In this document: positions 62,863 to 64,000 of the stretch, in pieces
How positions within the stretch are numbered: position 1 is the stretch's first letter
Layout: every line of letters begins with the position of its first letter
Assembly: GCA_963693365.1 (NCBI GenBank)
Contig: CAVNZM010000008.1
Coordinates: forward strand, 3,687,572-3,751,571
DNA: 64,000 bases
DNA from: Amoebidium appalachense
Lineage: Eukaryota > Protista > Ichthyosporea
Reading direction: 5' to 3'
Translations under genes and position numbers: made by a program
Notes under the pieces: generated by a model
What the model was told of the DNA's origin: nothing
Databases searched by the model: none
What the model saw: only the letters and a program-made list of their open reading frames with translations

Positions 62863-63573
62863 CACATACACACCCTTCTTTTCCTTCCTCCTCTTTTTTT
62901 TTTTTTTTTTTTTTTTTTGCCCAGGGTCTGGAGCCGATATCGGACTACGTGCAGGACTATTCGCTGCTGCAGGCTGCACGTGAGGAGCAGTACCACGCTG
63001 CATTCAGGTGTGTACGTGTGTGTGTGTGTGCGTGTGCGTGTGTGTGCGTGTGCGTGAGTGTATGGGTGGGTGTGGGTGGGTGGGGGGTGGGTGGGTGTGT
63101 TGGTAAGTGTGTGCGCGTGTGTGGGTTTGAACCTCTTTTGTATCCACATAGGCTTTGATTTGTGTAAAAATGTTTGTGGATGGGCTGTCGTGTGGGTAGG
63201 TATACATCTTAATTTATATGGAACATCAGCGATCACACCACCTTTTTCACCGTCGAATCAACAAGCGCAATATTTTCCATCGCCTTATATATATATGTTT
63301 TATCGAGAAATACACGCTGAGCGGTTCACGCCGATTCGTGTTGCTGAATTCCTTAATGACAACTAACATAGATGCCACGAGAGCCAAACCAGTCTTTCCA
63401 TAATCTTATAAAAGCAATTGTTCTCTTAGCATCATAGAAACCACGTTTTTTGTTTACATTTCACTGCTTGCACACAGGCGCCACCTCAAGAACAGCGGTG
63501 TTCCCGTCGAGACCACCAAGGGGGAGGCAGGAAAGGGTCAGCACGAACTCAACATCGAATACACAACGATCAT
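59422..63573 (+). CDS. Glutamine synthetase-family protein of GlnA4/PuuA (gamma-glutamyl-amine ligase) type; 3' end runs beyond the window
   Basis: Phase-consistent exons 59422-59617, 60166-60350, 60796-60890, 61548-61625, 62042-62165, 62925-63007 and 63478-~63573 (last donor uncertain). Motifs: [59 protein letters not shown]. Confidence 0.9.
61825..61910 (+). repeat. Dispersed repeat family A, partial copy (intron of the GS-like gene)
   Basis: ggtcgaaag...atgacttgggccccct...atgcatactctttctgtgtg matches the reverse complement of the other copies. Confidence 0.65.
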
Positions 63574-63644
63574 GTATTTTGCCCCTCCCCCCTTCCCCCC
63601 CCCCCCCCCCCTCCCCCCGCCCCGCCACCCACCCACCCACGCAT

Positions 63645-63704
<60 letters not shown>

Positions 63705-64000
63705 TGGTGTTAAGGTCTATGTCGGCCTTTCTCAATTATGACGTATTTATAACGTAATTTATAATAAACATGATGTCATTGATGATGTCACGAAGTTAAT
63801 AATGACGTCACCGGATCATGCACATGGTGGCTCACGGGCAGCAGAAGCCGATAAAACTGAGCGCACTGATTGGTAATTGCCATATCTGAAATGTTCGTTT
63901 TAGGAAAGTGGACATGGATAAAAAACTACATCAGAATCGAGAAACCCCGACATAGTCGTTAACCAGACACGATTACACTGCGTATGTCAAACACACACCC

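Overview
Eukaryotic nuclear DNA, intron-rich and very rich in G/C homopolymers and (CA/GT)n, (GA/CT)n microsatellites. An animal-like ARMC8 and TSP1/EGF/PAN domains suggest a unicellular opisthokont or holozoan (inference only). Most ORF-track entries are repeat read-throughs. Manual GT-AG splicing with phase checks gives five genes: a 2-exon single-C2H2 zinc-finger protein (-), a 3-exon secreted heme peroxidase (-), an intronless secreted PAN/TSP1/EGF/SdrD-B-like adhesin broken by one C9 run (+), a 19-exon ARMC8/Vid28 (-), and the 5' part of a bacterial-type GlnA4/PuuA-like glutamine-synthetase-family gene (+). Non-coding DNA holds a foldback element, dispersed repeat families, complex tandem arrays and a long intronic hairpin. 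The most unusual signal is that many 3' splice sites are preceded by long (CA)n tracts instead of a polypyrimidine tract, sometimes with complementary (GT)n/G-runs near the donor.
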